The translations under genes and the position numbers were made by a program. A stretch of DNA of 64,000 nt from an uncultured Chloroflexia bacterium (GTDB lineage: Bacteria > Chloroflexota > Limnocylindria > Limnocylindrales > CSP1-4), in contig CAVYBU010000002.1 in the NCBI GenBank assembly GCA_963766735.1, positions 64,001-128,000 on the forward strand, read 5' to 3'. Below are positions 18,693-28,929 of this stretch, in pieces; positions within the stretch are counted from its first letter, which is position 1, and each line of letters starts with the position of its first letter. Below the pieces are notes generated by a model. That model was not told where the DNA came from, searched no databases, and was given only the letters and a program-made list of their open reading frames with translations.

Positions 18693-19583
18693 GTGAACGG
18701 ACCGACCGTCCACCACGTGACCCTCACCGTCACCGACATCCATCGAAGCGCCGAGTGGTACCAGATGCTGCTGGGCCCGGCCGCGCCGGTCGAGCGGCAG
18801 GGACCGACATGGCAGCGCATCCGCATGCAATGGCCGTGGGGGCTGGTGATCGGCGTCACCCGCCACGACGCGACGCCAGGTTCGTCCTTCGATTGCACTC
18901 AGCCGGGCCTCGACCACCTGGGCCTCGCCTGCGCAAGCGAGATGGACGTGCGCCGCTGGAAGGAGCGGCTCGACGAGCTGGGCCTGGAGCACGGCCCGCT
19001 CGAGACCCATGCGTACGGATGGGCCGTCACCGCCCGGGACCCCGACGGCATCGCCATCGAGTTCTTCAGTCCGACGGCCGTGGCTCCGCCCGGACCGGTC
19101 ATCGCGGGTGTCGGGGTCGTGTCGATTCGGTCCGTCCCGGAGGATCGGTCCCTGCTGAGGTCACCAAGCATCTACGAGGACTGGGGCGAGATGGCCCCGG
19201 AAGCGATGACAGTGAGGCAGGAGCGCTGGCTCGTCGAGCTCACTGCCGACGGGGCCACCACTCCCGTGGGCGACCTGAGCGCACGCGCAACTTGGAACGG
19301 TCCGACCCCGGGTTCGCGGGCCTACAACATCGGGATCAGCATCCTGGCCGATTTCCGTGGCCGCGGGATCGGTGCCGTCGCCCAGCGACTCCTCGCGGAC
19401 GAATTGCATGATCGCGGCGTGGTGAGGGTGGAAGCCAGCACGGACGTCGGCAACGTCGCCGAGCAGCGGGCTCTCCGCAAGGCGGGCTTCGAGCTCGAGG
19501 GCGTCCTGCGAAGCGCCCAGGCTCGGCGGGACGGCATTCACGACCTCCAGCTGTGGTCGCACGTCGTGCCGCGCCCGGAGTAG
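18693..19583 (+). CDS. VOC/glyoxalase domain fused to RimL-type GNAT acetyltransferase
   Basis: GTG after GGAGG. VHHVTLTVTD...GLDHLG...RDPDGIAIEF, then FRGRGIG...TDVGNVAEQRALRKAGFELEG. Confidence 0.78.
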   Translation: MNGPTVHHVTLTVTDIHRSAEWYQMLLGPAAPVERQGPTWQRIRMQWPWGLVIGVTRHDATPGSSFDCTQPGLDHLGLACASEMDVRRWKERLDELGLEHGPLETHAYGWAVTARDPDGIAIEFFSPTAVAPPGPVIAGVGVVSIRSVPEDRSLLRSPSIYEDWGEMAPEAMTVRQERWLVELTADGATTPVGDLSARATWNGPTPGSRAYNIGISILADFRGRGIGAVAQRLLADELHDRGVVRVEASTDVGNVAEQRALRKAGFELEGVLRSAQARRDGIHDLQLWSHVVPRPE

Positions 19584-19708
19584 GTGGCGGGACCCTCGGG
19601 CGAGCGCTGTCGCCCGGGGACGTGGTCAAGGTCTGCGCGCGCAACCCGGGCGAACTCGATCCCCGGCACATTGCCCCGTGCACATCCGACCTGGGTGAAC
19701 CGGCCGGC

Positions 19709-20422
19709 TCACGCGCCTCCGTAGAGCGGAATCCGGGCTCCGTTCACCACGCGGGCCTCGTCGGAGAGCAGGTATGCGAGTGCCGCCGAGATCTCCTCGG
19801 GCGTCGTCCATGACGCGTTCTTCGGGGTGGGGTCCGCAGCGCGCGCGCGTGCCGCGTCGATGGTCTTCACGAGCAGCATGTTCACCGTGATCCCACTCGC
19901 AGCGACCTCCCGGGAGAGCGTGGACAGCAGGGCCTCCTGCGCGGCCTTGCCGACCGCGTACGCGGACATCCCGGCGGGCGGGTTCGAGGCGACGGGTGAC
20001 GAGATCGCCACGATCCGCCCCCAACCCCCGGCGGCCAGGTGCGGGACCAGCGCACGGGTGACGTGGAGCGTCGTCCGGAAGTGCTGGTCGAGCATCGAGG
20101 TGTAGGCGTCCAGCGGTGTCTCCGTCACCGTGGTGCCGCCGCTCCAGCCGCCGACGACGTGGACGAGGATGTCGGCCCGGCCGAGACCCGCGACGAGGGC
20201 GTCGATGGCCTGGGAGGTCTTGTCGGCGTCCGTGAGGTCGACGGCCTCGCCCTGCCAGCGGTCGGGTGCCAGCGAGAGCTCCGCGGCAAGCGCCTCCAGG
20301 CGATCCATCCGCGTCCCCAGCAGCCCCAGTCTCGCGCCCGCGGCAGCCAGGTCCCGGGTGACGACCTTCCCGAGGCCGCCGGTCGCGCCGGTGACGATCG
20401 CGACGCGATCACGCAGGTCCAT
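19709..20422 (-). CDS. Short-chain dehydrogenase/reductase
   Basis: TGATGGLG and catalytic YAVGK; RBS GAGGAG. Confidence 0.9.
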   Translation of the reverse strand: MDLRDRVAIVTGATGGLGKVVTRDLAAAGARLGLLGTRMDRLEALAAELSLAPDRWQGEAVDLTDADKTSQAIDALVAGLGRADILVHVVGGWSGGTTVTETPLDAYTSMLDQHFRTTLHVTRALVPHLAAGGWGRIVAISSPVASNPPAGMSAYAVGKAAQEALLSTLSREVAASGITVNMLLVKTIDAARARAADPTPKNASWTTPEEISAALAYLLSDEARVVNGARIPLYGGA

Positions 20423-20625
20423 TGGTCTCCTCCTCGAGCGCAGTGATGGCCTTGGGCGTCATGCCGTCCATGATCGGGCGGTCCATCTGCTCGCACAGGT
20501 GCACCCTGCCGTCCAGGTCGAGCAGGTGGCCGGACTTGGTCGCCCTGGTCTCAAGCCCGGTCCGGGCGACCTGCCGATGGTACGCAGGGTCTGCCCAGGC
20601 TGGATGTGGCGATGGTCACGGGAGA

Positions 20626-21522
20626 CTACGGCCTCACCCGGGCGCAACCGTCGAGCAGCTCGAGGAATCCCTCGCGCTCCAGGCTTCGCGCAGCCGCCAT
20701 GATCGCTGCCGCGTCGTGATCGCCAATCCGGGGCGGCAGCGGGATCCAGGCGCCGGGGCTGGCGCTGGTCAGCGACGCGACCAGGCGGCCACGCAGCCAC
20801 CGGGTGGTCTGCGGGAATGGAAGAGACCGGCGCGGCATCGCGGCGACGCTGATGTCTCCGCGCGACGCGCACATTCGGCTCAGCGGGCAGGAGCCGCATC
20901 GCGGCGCCGCCTTCGTGCAGGTGCTTGCGGCAAGGTCCATCACCGCGTTGAGCCACCGGCGGGGGTGGCGAGGATCCACGAGTGCGTCCGCGGTCTCCTG
21001 GAGGTCGCGTGATCCCGGGTCCGAGCCACTCACGCGACTCATGACCCGCCTCACGTTGACGTCGAGCGGTGCGACGGGCGTGCCGAAGGCCGTCGCGGCG
21101 ACGGCGCGAGCCGTGTAGGGACCGATGCCCGGCAGCGTCTCGAGCTCGATCACGTTGACGGGCACCCGCCCCCCGTGATCAACAACGATCCGGCGAGCGG
21201 TCTCGCGCAGGGCCAGCGCCCTGCGGTTGTAGCCCAGCCCTGACCACGCGGCAAGGAGGTCATGCGTGCCGGCGTCGGCGAGAGCCGAGGGGGAGGGCCA
21301 CGTGTCTACGAAGCGGCGCCACGCCGGGCCGACCCGCTCGATCCCCGTCTGGTGGGACATGACCTCGGCGACGAGGACCTCCCACGGTGTTGAAGCATCC
21401 CGGATCACCAGCGAACGCCCGGCCTCCGCATGCCAGGCGAACAGGCGTGTCGCGAGGCGCCGACGGGTCAGCGGCTCACGCTTGCGATCTCGGATCTGCC
21501 TCGTGGGCACTGCTGCGTGCAC
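20626..21522 (-). CDS. mutY: A/G-specific adenine glycosylase, short form
   Basis: WEVLVAEVMSHQT, WSGLGYNRRA, LPGIGPYTA, LDVNVRRV and the FCL motif CTKAAPRCGSCPLSRMC. Start uncertain (21522 or 21510). Confidence 0.85.
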   Translation of the reverse strand: MHAAVPTRQIRDRKREPLTRRRLATRLFAWHAEAGRSLVIRDASTPWEVLVAEVMSHQTGIERVGPAWRRFVDTWPSPSALADAGTHDLLAAWSGLGYNRRALALRETARRIVVDHGGRVPVNVIELETLPGIGPYTARAVAATAFGTPVAPLDVNVRRVMSRVSGSDPGSRDLQETADALVDPRHPRRWLNAVMDLAASTCTKAAPRCGSCPLSRMCASRGDISVAAMPRRSLPFPQTTRWLRGRLVASLTSASPGAWIPLPPRIGDHDAAAIMAAARSLEREGFLELLDGCARVRP

Positions 21523-21717
21523 TCCCTGTGGGTGACCCGCGCACGCTCGCATGCCCGAAGGGGAGCGGAGCGGGACGCTGGTGGGAGGAGCATTCCACAG
21601 GCTCGCACCGGACGCAGGCGATGCTCGAGACAGCACCCGGGCACAGGCAGCGGGATCCGGGCGAGACCCCCCGGCCCCGGGGACCACCCGCCCGTCCGGC
21701 GCGGTACCCTCTGTGAC

Positions 21718-22500
21718 GTGCCCTCTGGAACCAGCCCCCTGCCTGCCGACGACCCGGATCTGCGCTCGCTCACCCTGGACGAGCTCGAGCTCCGCTGGAC
21801 GGAGGCCGCGTCCCGCACGGCGATCTCCGCCGAGTCGATGACGGGTGCGGATCGCAAGGCACAGGCCCTCGGCATCCCAGGCGAGCAGCTGATGGAGCAT
21901 GCAGGAACTGCCGTCGCCGCCGCCGCGAGGGCGCTCCTGCAGCACAACGCGCGCGAGGGCCGCTCGATCCTGATCCTGGCCGGCCCCGGCAACAACGGCG
22001 GCGACGGGTTTGTGGCCGCCCGGCGCCTCGCGGAGTGGGGCTATCCGGTGATCGCCGTGCTGGTCGCGGCCGAGGAGAGGCCGAGGACCCGCGACGCGGC
22101 GCACAACTGGAAGCGCCTCGACGGCATCGCTGGCATCACCCTTATCCATGTCCCGGTGGCGCGCGATCTCGCCATCCTGGAACAGGGGATCGAGAAGGCG
22201 GGGATCATCGTCGACGCGCTCCTGGGTACCGGCGTGCAGGGACGCCTCCGGGAACCCGTCCGGGGCGCCGTCGAGATGATCCGGCGGGCCCGCGACGCGG
22301 GGACCCCGGTCCTTGCCGTGGACACGCCGACCGCCGTGGACCTGACCTCGGGGGACCCGTCCGATCCGGTTGTCCGGGCGGATCTCACCGTCACCTTCCA
22401 CCGCCCGAAGCTCGGGCTCCGGGCACGCGTCGGCAAGGCCTATGCCGGGCGCGTCCTGGTGGCGCCGATCGGCATCCCGCAGGAGGCCGACCGTGGCTGA
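21718..22500 (+). CDS. nnrE: NAD(P)H-hydrate epimerase (YjeF N-terminal domain, standalone)
   Basis: LMEHAG, GPGNNGGDG, DALLGTG, AVDTP, TVTFHRPK. Confidence 0.9.
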   Translation: MPSGTSPLPADDPDLRSLTLDELELRWTEAASRTAISAESMTGADRKAQALGIPGEQLMEHAGTAVAAAARALLQHNAREGRSILILAGPGNNGGDGFVAARRLAEWGYPVIAVLVAAEERPRTRDAAHNWKRLDGIAGITLIHVPVARDLAILEQGIEKAGIIVDALLGTGVQGRLREPVRGAVEMIRRARDAGTPVLAVDTPTAVDLTSGDPSDPVVRADLTVTFHRPKLGLRARVGKAYAGRVLVAPIGIPQEADRG

Positions 22501-22729
22501 ACCCGAGAGCCTGCCCACGGCATCCACCCACGACCGCCAGCCCGGCATCCGCGCGGTGCTCCTGGTCGCGGCTGCGGTCGTGCTGACCGTGTTCGTGGCG
22601 GCCGCCGCCACCGCGCTGCTGCCCCGCGAGGGCCAGGCGCTCGTCTTCGACACGCCACTCCTCATCGTCGTGCTCATCGCGGGGACCACGATCGTCCTCT
22701 GGCGCATCCTGCGTTCACCGCATACCTGA
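22493..22729 (+). CDS. Small two-TM membrane protein
   Basis: GTG after AGGAGG, two hydrophobic stretches, sits between nnrE and glpD. Confidence 0.7.
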   Translation: MAEPESLPTASTHDRQPGIRAVLLVAAAVVLTVFVAAAATALLPREGQALVFDTPLLIVVLIAGTTIVLWRILRSPHT

Positions 22730-22741
22730 GAGGGAACTCCC

Positions 22742-24415
22742 GTGACCGACCAGCCGACCCCGCACGCGACGCGACCGCCGCTCGCGCGGCGCGGCGCCGA
22801 CCTCGAGCGACTTGCCAACGAGCAGTGGGACCTGTTGGTCGTGGGGGGCGGGATCGTCGGTGCGGGCGCGCTGCTGGACGCCGCCAGCCGCGGGCTGCGG
22901 GTCGCGCTGGTCGAGCAGGACGACATCGCGGTCGGGACCTCGTCCCGTTCGAGTCGTCTGATCCATGGCGGCCTCCGCTATCTCCAGCAGTTCGAGGTCA
23001 ACCTCGTCCGCGAAGCGCTTCGTGAAAGGGCCAGGCTCCTGCGCCTCGCTCCGCACCTCGTTCGCCTCGAGGACTTCCTGTTCCCGCTCTACGGGCCACC
23101 CGCGGCGACGCGCGCCCTGTACACGGCCGGCCTGACGATGTACGACCTCCTGGGATCGGCGAAGTCGGGTGGCCGCCACCGGCACCTGTCCGTCGAGGAG
23201 ACGCTGGAGTACGCGCCCAACCTCGTCCGCAAGGACCTTCGGGGAGCGCTGCTCTACCACGACGCGATGGAGGACGACGCTCGCTTCACCCTCGCCGTCG
23301 TCCGCACGGCCCTGGCCCAGAAGACCGGCATCGCCGTCGCCCTCACCCGCGTACGCGCGACCGGCCCCATCCGCAAGGGCGACCGTGTCACCGGCGCCAA
23401 CGTGGAGGATCGCCTGACCGGGGCCACCTTCGAGGTCCGGGCCGACGCCGTCCTCGACGCGACGGGCGTCTGGGGCGCGATGCCGGACCGCCCGTTCGGC
23501 GCCGGTTCCTTCAACGTGCTGCCGTCGCGCGGCAGCCACCTGGTCATCCCGCGGGAGCGGATCCCGGCCCGCGGCGGCATGACGCTCCGGATCCCGGGCC
23601 GCGTCGCGTTCCTGGTCCCGTGGCCGCACCACTGGCTCATCGGCACGACGGATCACCCGTTCCGCGGGGAGGTCGACCGGGTCGGGGCCAGCCCGGAGGA
23701 GGTGGACGAGATCCTGGGCACCCTCAATGGGGCCCTGGATACGACGATCACCCGTGACGACCTCCTGGGGACGTACGCGGGTCTGCGGCCGCTCATCGCG
23801 CCCTCGGACTCCAGCTCCACGGTCAAGATCTCCCGTGAGCACAAGGTGAGCGTGGAGGGCGAGGGCCTGGTCCGCATCAGCGGCGGCAAGTACACGACGT
23901 ACCGCGTCATGGCCCGGGATGCCGTGGACGCGATCCTGGGCGACGGCGCGAAGGCCCGCCCGAGCGGGACCGCGAACCTGCCGATCATCGGTGCCGCCGC
24001 CCGATCCGGGTTGGACGCGCTCGTTGCCCGCCTGGCGACCGGGGCCGGCGACGAGGCCGGGATAGGGGAGGAGGCCGCCCGCTCGCTGGTGGACCGCCAC
24101 GGCACGGATGCCGAGGACGTCCTGGCGCTCGGTCGGGAGCACGACCTGGTCCGGCCGCTGTTGGACGGGCACCCGTACCTGGAGGCCGAGGTCGCCTGGG
24201 CTGCCGAACGCGAGCTGGCCCTGTCCCTGGACGACCTTCTGGCGCGCAGGATCCGGCTCGCGCCGGCACTCCGGGACCGGGGCGCATCCATCGCCCCGCG
24301 CGCTGCAGCAATCGCGGGCCACGTCCTGGGCTGGGACGCCGACCGCCAGGCCGCTGAGGTCGTGTCGTACCTCGAGGGCGCGCGCCGCGAGTACGACGTC
24401 CCGCCGCCCGCATGA
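22742..24415 (+). CDS. glpD: FAD-dependent glycerol-3-phosphate dehydrogenase
   Basis: GGGIVG, GTSSRSSRLIHGGLRYL, YAGLRPL, GGKYTTYR. Confidence 0.93.
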   Translation: MTDQPTPHATRPPLARRGADLERLANEQWDLLVVGGGIVGAGALLDAASRGLRVALVEQDDIAVGTSSRSSRLIHGGLRYLQQFEVNLVREALRERARLLRLAPHLVRLEDFLFPLYGPPAATRALYTAGLTMYDLLGSAKSGGRHRHLSVEETLEYAPNLVRKDLRGALLYHDAMEDDARFTLAVVRTALAQKTGIAVALTRVRATGPIRKGDRVTGANVEDRLTGATFEVRADAVLDATGVWGAMPDRPFGAGSFNVLPSRGSHLVIPRERIPARGGMTLRIPGRVAFLVPWPHHWLIGTTDHPFRGEVDRVGASPEEVDEILGTLNGALDTTITRDDLLGTYAGLRPLIAPSDSSSTVKISREHKVSVEGEGLVRISGGKYTTYRVMARDAVDAILGDGAKARPSGTANLPIIGAAARSGLDALVARLATGAGDEAGIGEEAARSLVDRHGTDAEDVLALGREHDLVRPLLDGHPYLEAEVAWAAERELALSLDDLLARRIRLAPALRDRGASIAPRAAAIAGHVLGWDADRQAAEVVSYLEGARREYDVPPPA

Positions 24416-25908
24416 CCACCGATCGGGTCGTCCTCGCGCTTGACCAGGGGACCACCTCGTCCCGCGCCATCGCGTTCGACGCGCTCGGGGTCCCGGTGGC
24501 ACAGGCCCAGCGCGAGTTCCCCCAGGGGTTCCCGTCCCCCGGCCATGTGACCCACGACCCCGAGGACATCTGGGGCAGCCAGCTGCGCGTCGCGCGGGAG
24601 GTGGTCGAGGCGGTCGGGGTGGACCACATCGCTGCCATCGGCGTGACGAACCAGCGCGAGACCACCGTCGTCTGGGACCGTGCGACCGGTCGTGCCGTCG
24701 CCCCCGCCATCGTCTGGCAGAGCCGGATCACGGCCCCCTTCTGCGAGCGATTGCGCGCGGATGGCACGGAGCAGTTCATCCGCGAGCGCTCGGGACTGCC
24801 GCTGGACCCGTACTTCTCGGGCGCGAAGATCCGGCACATCCTCGACGAGGGCGGCCTGCGTGCACGGGCGGAGCGTGGGGAGCTCCTCTTCGGGACCGTG
24901 GACACCTGGCTGGTCTGGCGGCTTACCGGGGGGCGGATCCACGCCACGGACGTCTCGAATGCATCGCGGACGCAGCTTCTCAACCTGCGAACGCTGGCCT
25001 GGGACGACGACCTGCTCCGCCTGTTCGAGGTGCCGCGGGCGATGCTGCCGGAAGTCCGGCCCTCGTCCGCGGTCTGGGGCGAGACGGATCCGGCGACCTT
25101 CGGCCGGGCGATCCCGATCGCGGGCGTGGCCGGAGACCAGCAGGCGGCGATGTTCGGGCAGGCCTGCTTCTCGCCGGGCGAGGCCAAGAACACCTTCGGG
25201 ACGGGCGCCTTCCTGCTGGCCAACGTGGGCGCCGAGCCGGTGGCGTCGAGTCATGGCCTGCTGTCCACCGTGCTGTGGCAACTGGGCGATGGTGGACCGG
25301 TGGCCTACGCGCTGGAGGGCTCCGTGTTCATCGCCGGGGCCGCCGTTCAGTGGCTGCGGGACGGGTTGCGGGCGATCCGCTCAGCGGACGACCTCGATGA
25401 TCTGACACGGGGCGTGGAGGATACCGGCGGCGTGTACGTGGTCCCGGCGTTCACGGGCCTGGGCGCGCCGTACTGGGATCCGCACGCCCGCGGCCTGATC
25501 ATCGGCCTCACCCGCGGGTCGGGGCTGCCGGAGATCGCCAGGGCGACGGTCGACTCGATCGCCTACCAGGTGGCGGATGTTGCCGCGGCCATCGTCGCCG
25601 ATCGCGGTGCGCCACTCGCGGACCTCCGGGTGGACGGGGGAGCGGCGCGCAACGACGACCTGCTCCGGTTCACGGCGGACCTGCTGGACGTCCCGGTGGA
25701 GCGGCCCAGGGTCACGGAGACCACGGCCTGGGGCGCGGCCTCCCTGGCCGGTCTGGCGACCGGTGTCTGGAGCTCGATCGACGAGCTGGCGTCCATCCGT
25801 GCCGTGGACCGGCGGTTCGCGCCGGCGATGGATCCGCTCCGCCGGGAGGGGCTCATGCGGGGCTGGCACCGGGCCGTCGACCGGTCCCGCGGCTGGGCCG
25901 AGGACTGA
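24412..25908 (+). CDS. glpK: Glycerol kinase
   Basis: DQGTTSSRA, TNQRETT, TDVSNASRT, GDQQAA, KNTFGTG, GAPYWD. Confidence 0.96.
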   Translation: MTTDRVVLALDQGTTSSRAIAFDALGVPVAQAQREFPQGFPSPGHVTHDPEDIWGSQLRVAREVVEAVGVDHIAAIGVTNQRETTVVWDRATGRAVAPAIVWQSRITAPFCERLRADGTEQFIRERSGLPLDPYFSGAKIRHILDEGGLRARAERGELLFGTVDTWLVWRLTGGRIHATDVSNASRTQLLNLRTLAWDDDLLRLFEVPRAMLPEVRPSSAVWGETDPATFGRAIPIAGVAGDQQAAMFGQACFSPGEAKNTFGTGAFLLANVGAEPVASSHGLLSTVLWQLGDGGPVAYALEGSVFIAGAAVQWLRDGLRAIRSADDLDDLTRGVEDTGGVYVVPAFTGLGAPYWDPHARGLIIGLTRGSGLPEIARATVDSIAYQVADVAAAIVADRGAPLADLRVDGGAARNDDLLRFTADLLDVPVERPRVTETTAWGAASLAGLATGVWSSIDELASIRAVDRRFAPAMDPLRREGLMRGWHRAVDRSRGWAED

Positions 25909-26018
25909 TCGCAGCCCGACCCGAAGATTGGGTATCGCCACGGCTGCGGTTCCACCGTAGACTGCGCCCGTTGCGCGGATCGCCGCGCCGCCCACACCCG
26001 TTCGCACGTTCGACACTT

Positions 26019-26087
26019 GGTCTCCTCCGGCAAGCTCGTCGAGGACCCGGGCAAGAGGCGGCGACACCTGGAGGAGATCGGCACGTG
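26019..26087 (+). promoter_or_regulatory. Structured 5' leader that sequesters the SD of the zinc-ribbon gene
   Basis: GGTCTCCTCCGG (26019-26030) pairs over 12 bp, including 2 G-U, with CTGGAGGAGATC (26068-26079), which contains the SD. A -10-like TAGACT lies at 25958-25963. Confidence 0.6.
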
Positions 26088-26483
26088 GCCGACAAGACAC
26101 TGACCTGTTCGGACTGCAGCACGGAGTTCGCGTTCACCGACCGAGATCAGGCCTTCTATGCGGAGAAGGGGTTCACGGAACCCCGGCGGTGCCCCTCGTG
26201 CCGCGCGAGCCGCAAGGCCGCGCGGGCGGGCGGCGAAAGCGGGTACGGCGGCGGCTCCTACTCGAGCGGCGGCTATGACACCGGCTACGGCGGTGGCGGC
26301 GGCTACTCCGCCGGCGGCTACGGTGACACAGGCGGGGGCTACGGCAGCCGAAGCAGCGCTCCCCGCGAGATGTTCGCGGCCACGTGCAGCAGCTGCGGGA
26401 ACGAGGCGAAGGTTCCGTTCAAGCCGACCAACGGCAAGCCCGTGTACTGCTCGGACTGCTTCCGGACGATGCGGGGCGGCTGA
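26085..26483 (+). CDS. Zinc-ribbon / CxxC-x17-CxxC domain protein with Gly/Tyr-rich linker
   Basis: DKTLTCSDC...QAFYAEKGF...PRRCPSC, GY-rich linker, REMFAATCSSCG...VPFKP...PVYCSDCF. Confidence 0.9.
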   Translation: MADKTLTCSDCSTEFAFTDRDQAFYAEKGFTEPRRCPSCRASRKAARAGGESGYGGGSYSSGGYDTGYGGGGGYSAGGYGDTGGGYGSRSSAPREMFAATCSSCGNEAKVPFKPTNGKPVYCSDCFRTMRGG

Positions 26484-26497
26484 GCTCTCGACTCCCA

Positions 26498-26528
26498 AGA
26501 CCGGGCCGCGGCTTCGCGGCCCGGTTTC
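26498..26528 (+). terminator. Probable intrinsic terminator hairpin
   Basis: CCGGGCCGCG-GCTT-CGCGGCCCGG followed by TTT, between convergent genes. Confidence 0.7.
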
Positions 26529-26597
26529 GCGTTTCCCGGGCGCGGATGCCGCGGATCTGGTCGCGCGCAGGCGGCGTTCCGACGCGGTGCGTGCGCG

Positions 26598-27236
26598 TCA
26601 GTCCCGGGCGAGCATGTCCAGGTCGAATCGTCGCTCCGAACCGGTGAGCAGCCGGTGGATGTTGTCCGCGTGGGCCACCCAGACGACCGCGCAGCCGAGC
26701 GTCACTCCCACCGGATAGGCCACCGGGACGGTGCCGTTGGCGGCCAGCCACCAGATCGCGACCAGCGCGGCGCCCGCCGCGGTCGCCAGCAGCGATCCCA
26801 GCGAGACGTAACGCGTCGCGAGTATCACGACCACGAACACCGGCACCCCGACCAGGATTGCCGGCGGGAAGATCACCAGCATCGTCCCCACGCTCGTGCC
26901 GACTCCGCGCCCGCCCCTGAGCCCCAGGAACACGGAGTGCGTGGCGCCGAGGATCGCGAAGATGGCGCACAGGACCTCGACGGCCGCATTGCCGGTCACG
27001 TAGCGAGCCACGAGCACGGGGACCGCGCCCTTGAGCACATCCCCGGTCACCACCACCAGCGCCCGCTTGCGGCCCATCGCCCGCAACGCGTTCGTCCCGC
27101 CCGTCCGGCCGCTGCCGAGGGATCGAGGGTCGGGGGCACCGGTCAGCTTGGCGACCACGACGCCGAACGGGATGGAACCCGCCACGTAGGAGGCCGCGAC
27201 GAGCAGAATCGCGACGATGATCTCGTCGGCGCTCAT
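26598..27236 (-). CDS. plsY: Glycerol-3-phosphate acyltransferase
   Basis: GSIPFG, GSGRTGGTNALR, DVLKG, GGRGVGT, HADNIHRL. Confidence 0.92.
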   Translation of the reverse strand: MSADEIIVAILLVAASYVAGSIPFGVVVAKLTGAPDPRSLGSGRTGGTNALRAMGRKRALVVVTGDVLKGAVPVLVARYVTGNAAVEVLCAIFAILGATHSVFLGLRGGRGVGTSVGTMLVIFPPAILVGVPVFVVVILATRYVSLGSLLATAAGAALVAIWWLAANGTVPVAYPVGVTLGCAVVWVAHADNIHRLLTGSERRFDLDMLARD

Positions 27237-27486
27237 CCCGGACACCTACCTCCGAGGCGCGCCCGAGGGGATCCGGACGCTCGTTCCCGAATCTAACACC
27301 GTGACGCCAGATTGCGAACGAGAACGAACCGGCGTTCGTCCGAGCCCTGCGCACCGGGCCGACTGGCCCGCCGCGTTCCTCGACGAACCTCCGTAGTACG
27401 ATCCACCCCGATGTCCCGTCCCTCCCACGCACGCCGCGGCTCCTGCTTGACGGCCCGCCCGTGACCCCAGCGGAGACTCCATAACG

Positions 27487-28929
27487 ATGGCCGTCGGCTC
27501 TTCCAACGACTTCGATCTCGTCGTCCTCGGCGCCGGGACGGGCGGCTACGCCGCTGCCTTCCGCGCCTCCCAGCTCGGTCTCCGGGTGGCCCTCGTGGAC
27601 GAGGACAAGCTCGGCGGGACGTGTCTGCATCGCGGGTGCATCCCCACCAAGGCCCTGCTGGAGTCCGCGGCGGTCAACGAGCGCGTGCGCCATGCCGGCG
27701 ACTTCGGCATTCGCATTCCCGGTGCCGCCGAGGTGGACTACGCCCAGATCGCGAAGCGGCGGGACCAGGTCGTCAACCGCATGTGGAAGGGCGTCCAGTC
27801 CCTCGTCAAGAAGTACGACGTGACATGGGTCCAGGGCCGCGGCCGTCTCGAGGGCGCCACCAAGGTCCGCATCCGCCTCGCGGGCGAGGACGGGACCCCG
27901 GGTGCCGGCGGCGAGCGCCTGCTGAACGCCACGGACGTGATCCTGGCCACCGGCTCCCGCGTCAAGTCGCTGCCGGGCATCGTGCCGGACGGGAAGCGGA
28001 TCGTGACCTCGGACGACGTCCTGCGCATGGACACGATGCCGGCGAGCGTCATCGTCATCGGCGCGGGTGCGGTGGGCGTGGAGTTCGCGTCCATGTACCA
28101 CGACCTGGGAGCCGTGGTGACCCTGCTCGAGTACCTGCCGGCCATCGTCCCACTCGAGGACCGCGACGTGAGCAAGGAGCTCGAGCGGACCTTCACCCGG
28201 CGCGGGATCAAGGTGATCACGAGCGCCCGCTTCGACCCCGCGTCCGTCGTCGCGGATGAGGCCGGTGTGCGGATCACCGTCGGGCCCGAGGGCAAGGACG
28301 CCAGCGAGATCTCGGCCGAGATGCTCCTGGTTGCCGCGGGGCGCGCCACCAACGTCGAGGACGTCGGCCTCGAGACCACGTCCGCCGAGGTCGATCGCGG
28401 CATCGTGAAGGTGGACGGGCACATGCGGACGAAGGAGCCCCACCTCTACGCGATCGGTGACATCGTGGGCGGCCTCATGCTCGCGCACACGGCCGCGCAC
28501 GAGGGGATCATCGCGGCCCATGCGATCATCGGGGACGCCGACGTCCACGCCATGGACTACGTCAAGCAGCCCAAGGCCACGTACTGCCGGCCCGAGATCG
28601 CATCGGTGGGCCTCACGGAGCAGGAGTGCGAGGCGCGCGGCCTGCCCACGAAGATCGCGAAGATCCCGTTCCAGGCGGTGGGCAAGGCGATCATCGGCGG
28701 CGAGTACGAGGGGTTCGCCAAGATCATCGCGCACGCCGGGACGGACGAGACCCTCGGCATCCACCTGATCGGTCCCCACGCCACGGACCTCGTCGGCGAG
28801 GCATCGCTGGCGCTCACACTCGAGGCGACGCCGTGGGAGATCGGCGCCGCAACGCACGCACACCCGACGCTCTCGGAGATCCTGGGCGAGACCGCGATGG
28901 CGGTCGACGGGCGGTCGATCAACTTCTGA
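27487..28929 (+). CDS. lpdA: Dihydrolipoyl dehydrogenase (E3)
   Basis: GAGTGGY, GGTCLHRGCIPTK redox disulfide, HPTLSE. Confidence 0.96.
   Translation: MAVGSSNDFDLVVLGAGTGGYAAAFRASQLGLRVALVDEDKLGGTCLHRGCIPTKALLESAAVNERVRHAGDFGIRIPGAAEVDYAQIAKRRDQVVNRMWKGVQSLVKKYDVTWVQGRGRLEGATKVRIRLAGEDGTPGAGGERLLNATDVILATGSRVKSLPGIVPDGKRIVTSDDVLRMDTMPASVIVIGAGAVGVEFASMYHDLGAVVTLLEYLPAIVPLEDRDVSKELERTFTRRGIKVITSARFDPASVVADEAGVRITVGPEGKDASEISAEMLLVAAGRATNVEDVGLETTSAEVDRGIVKVDGHMRTKEPHLYAIGDIVGGLMLAHTAAHEGIIAAHAIIGDADVHAMDYVKQPKATYCRPEIASVGLTEQECEARGLPTKIAKIPFQAVGKAIIGGEYEGFAKIIAHAGTDETLGIHLIGPHATDLVGEASLALTLEATPWEIGAATHAHPTLSEILGETAMAVDGRSINF

Noticed and set aside
20410-20620. Startless minus-strand frame ...GHLLDLDGRVHLCEQMDRPIMDGMTPKAITALEEETNGPA* between mutY and the SDR
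   Set aside because: Upstream in-frame stop, no credible start and no recognisable family. It may be a remnant but cannot be supported.
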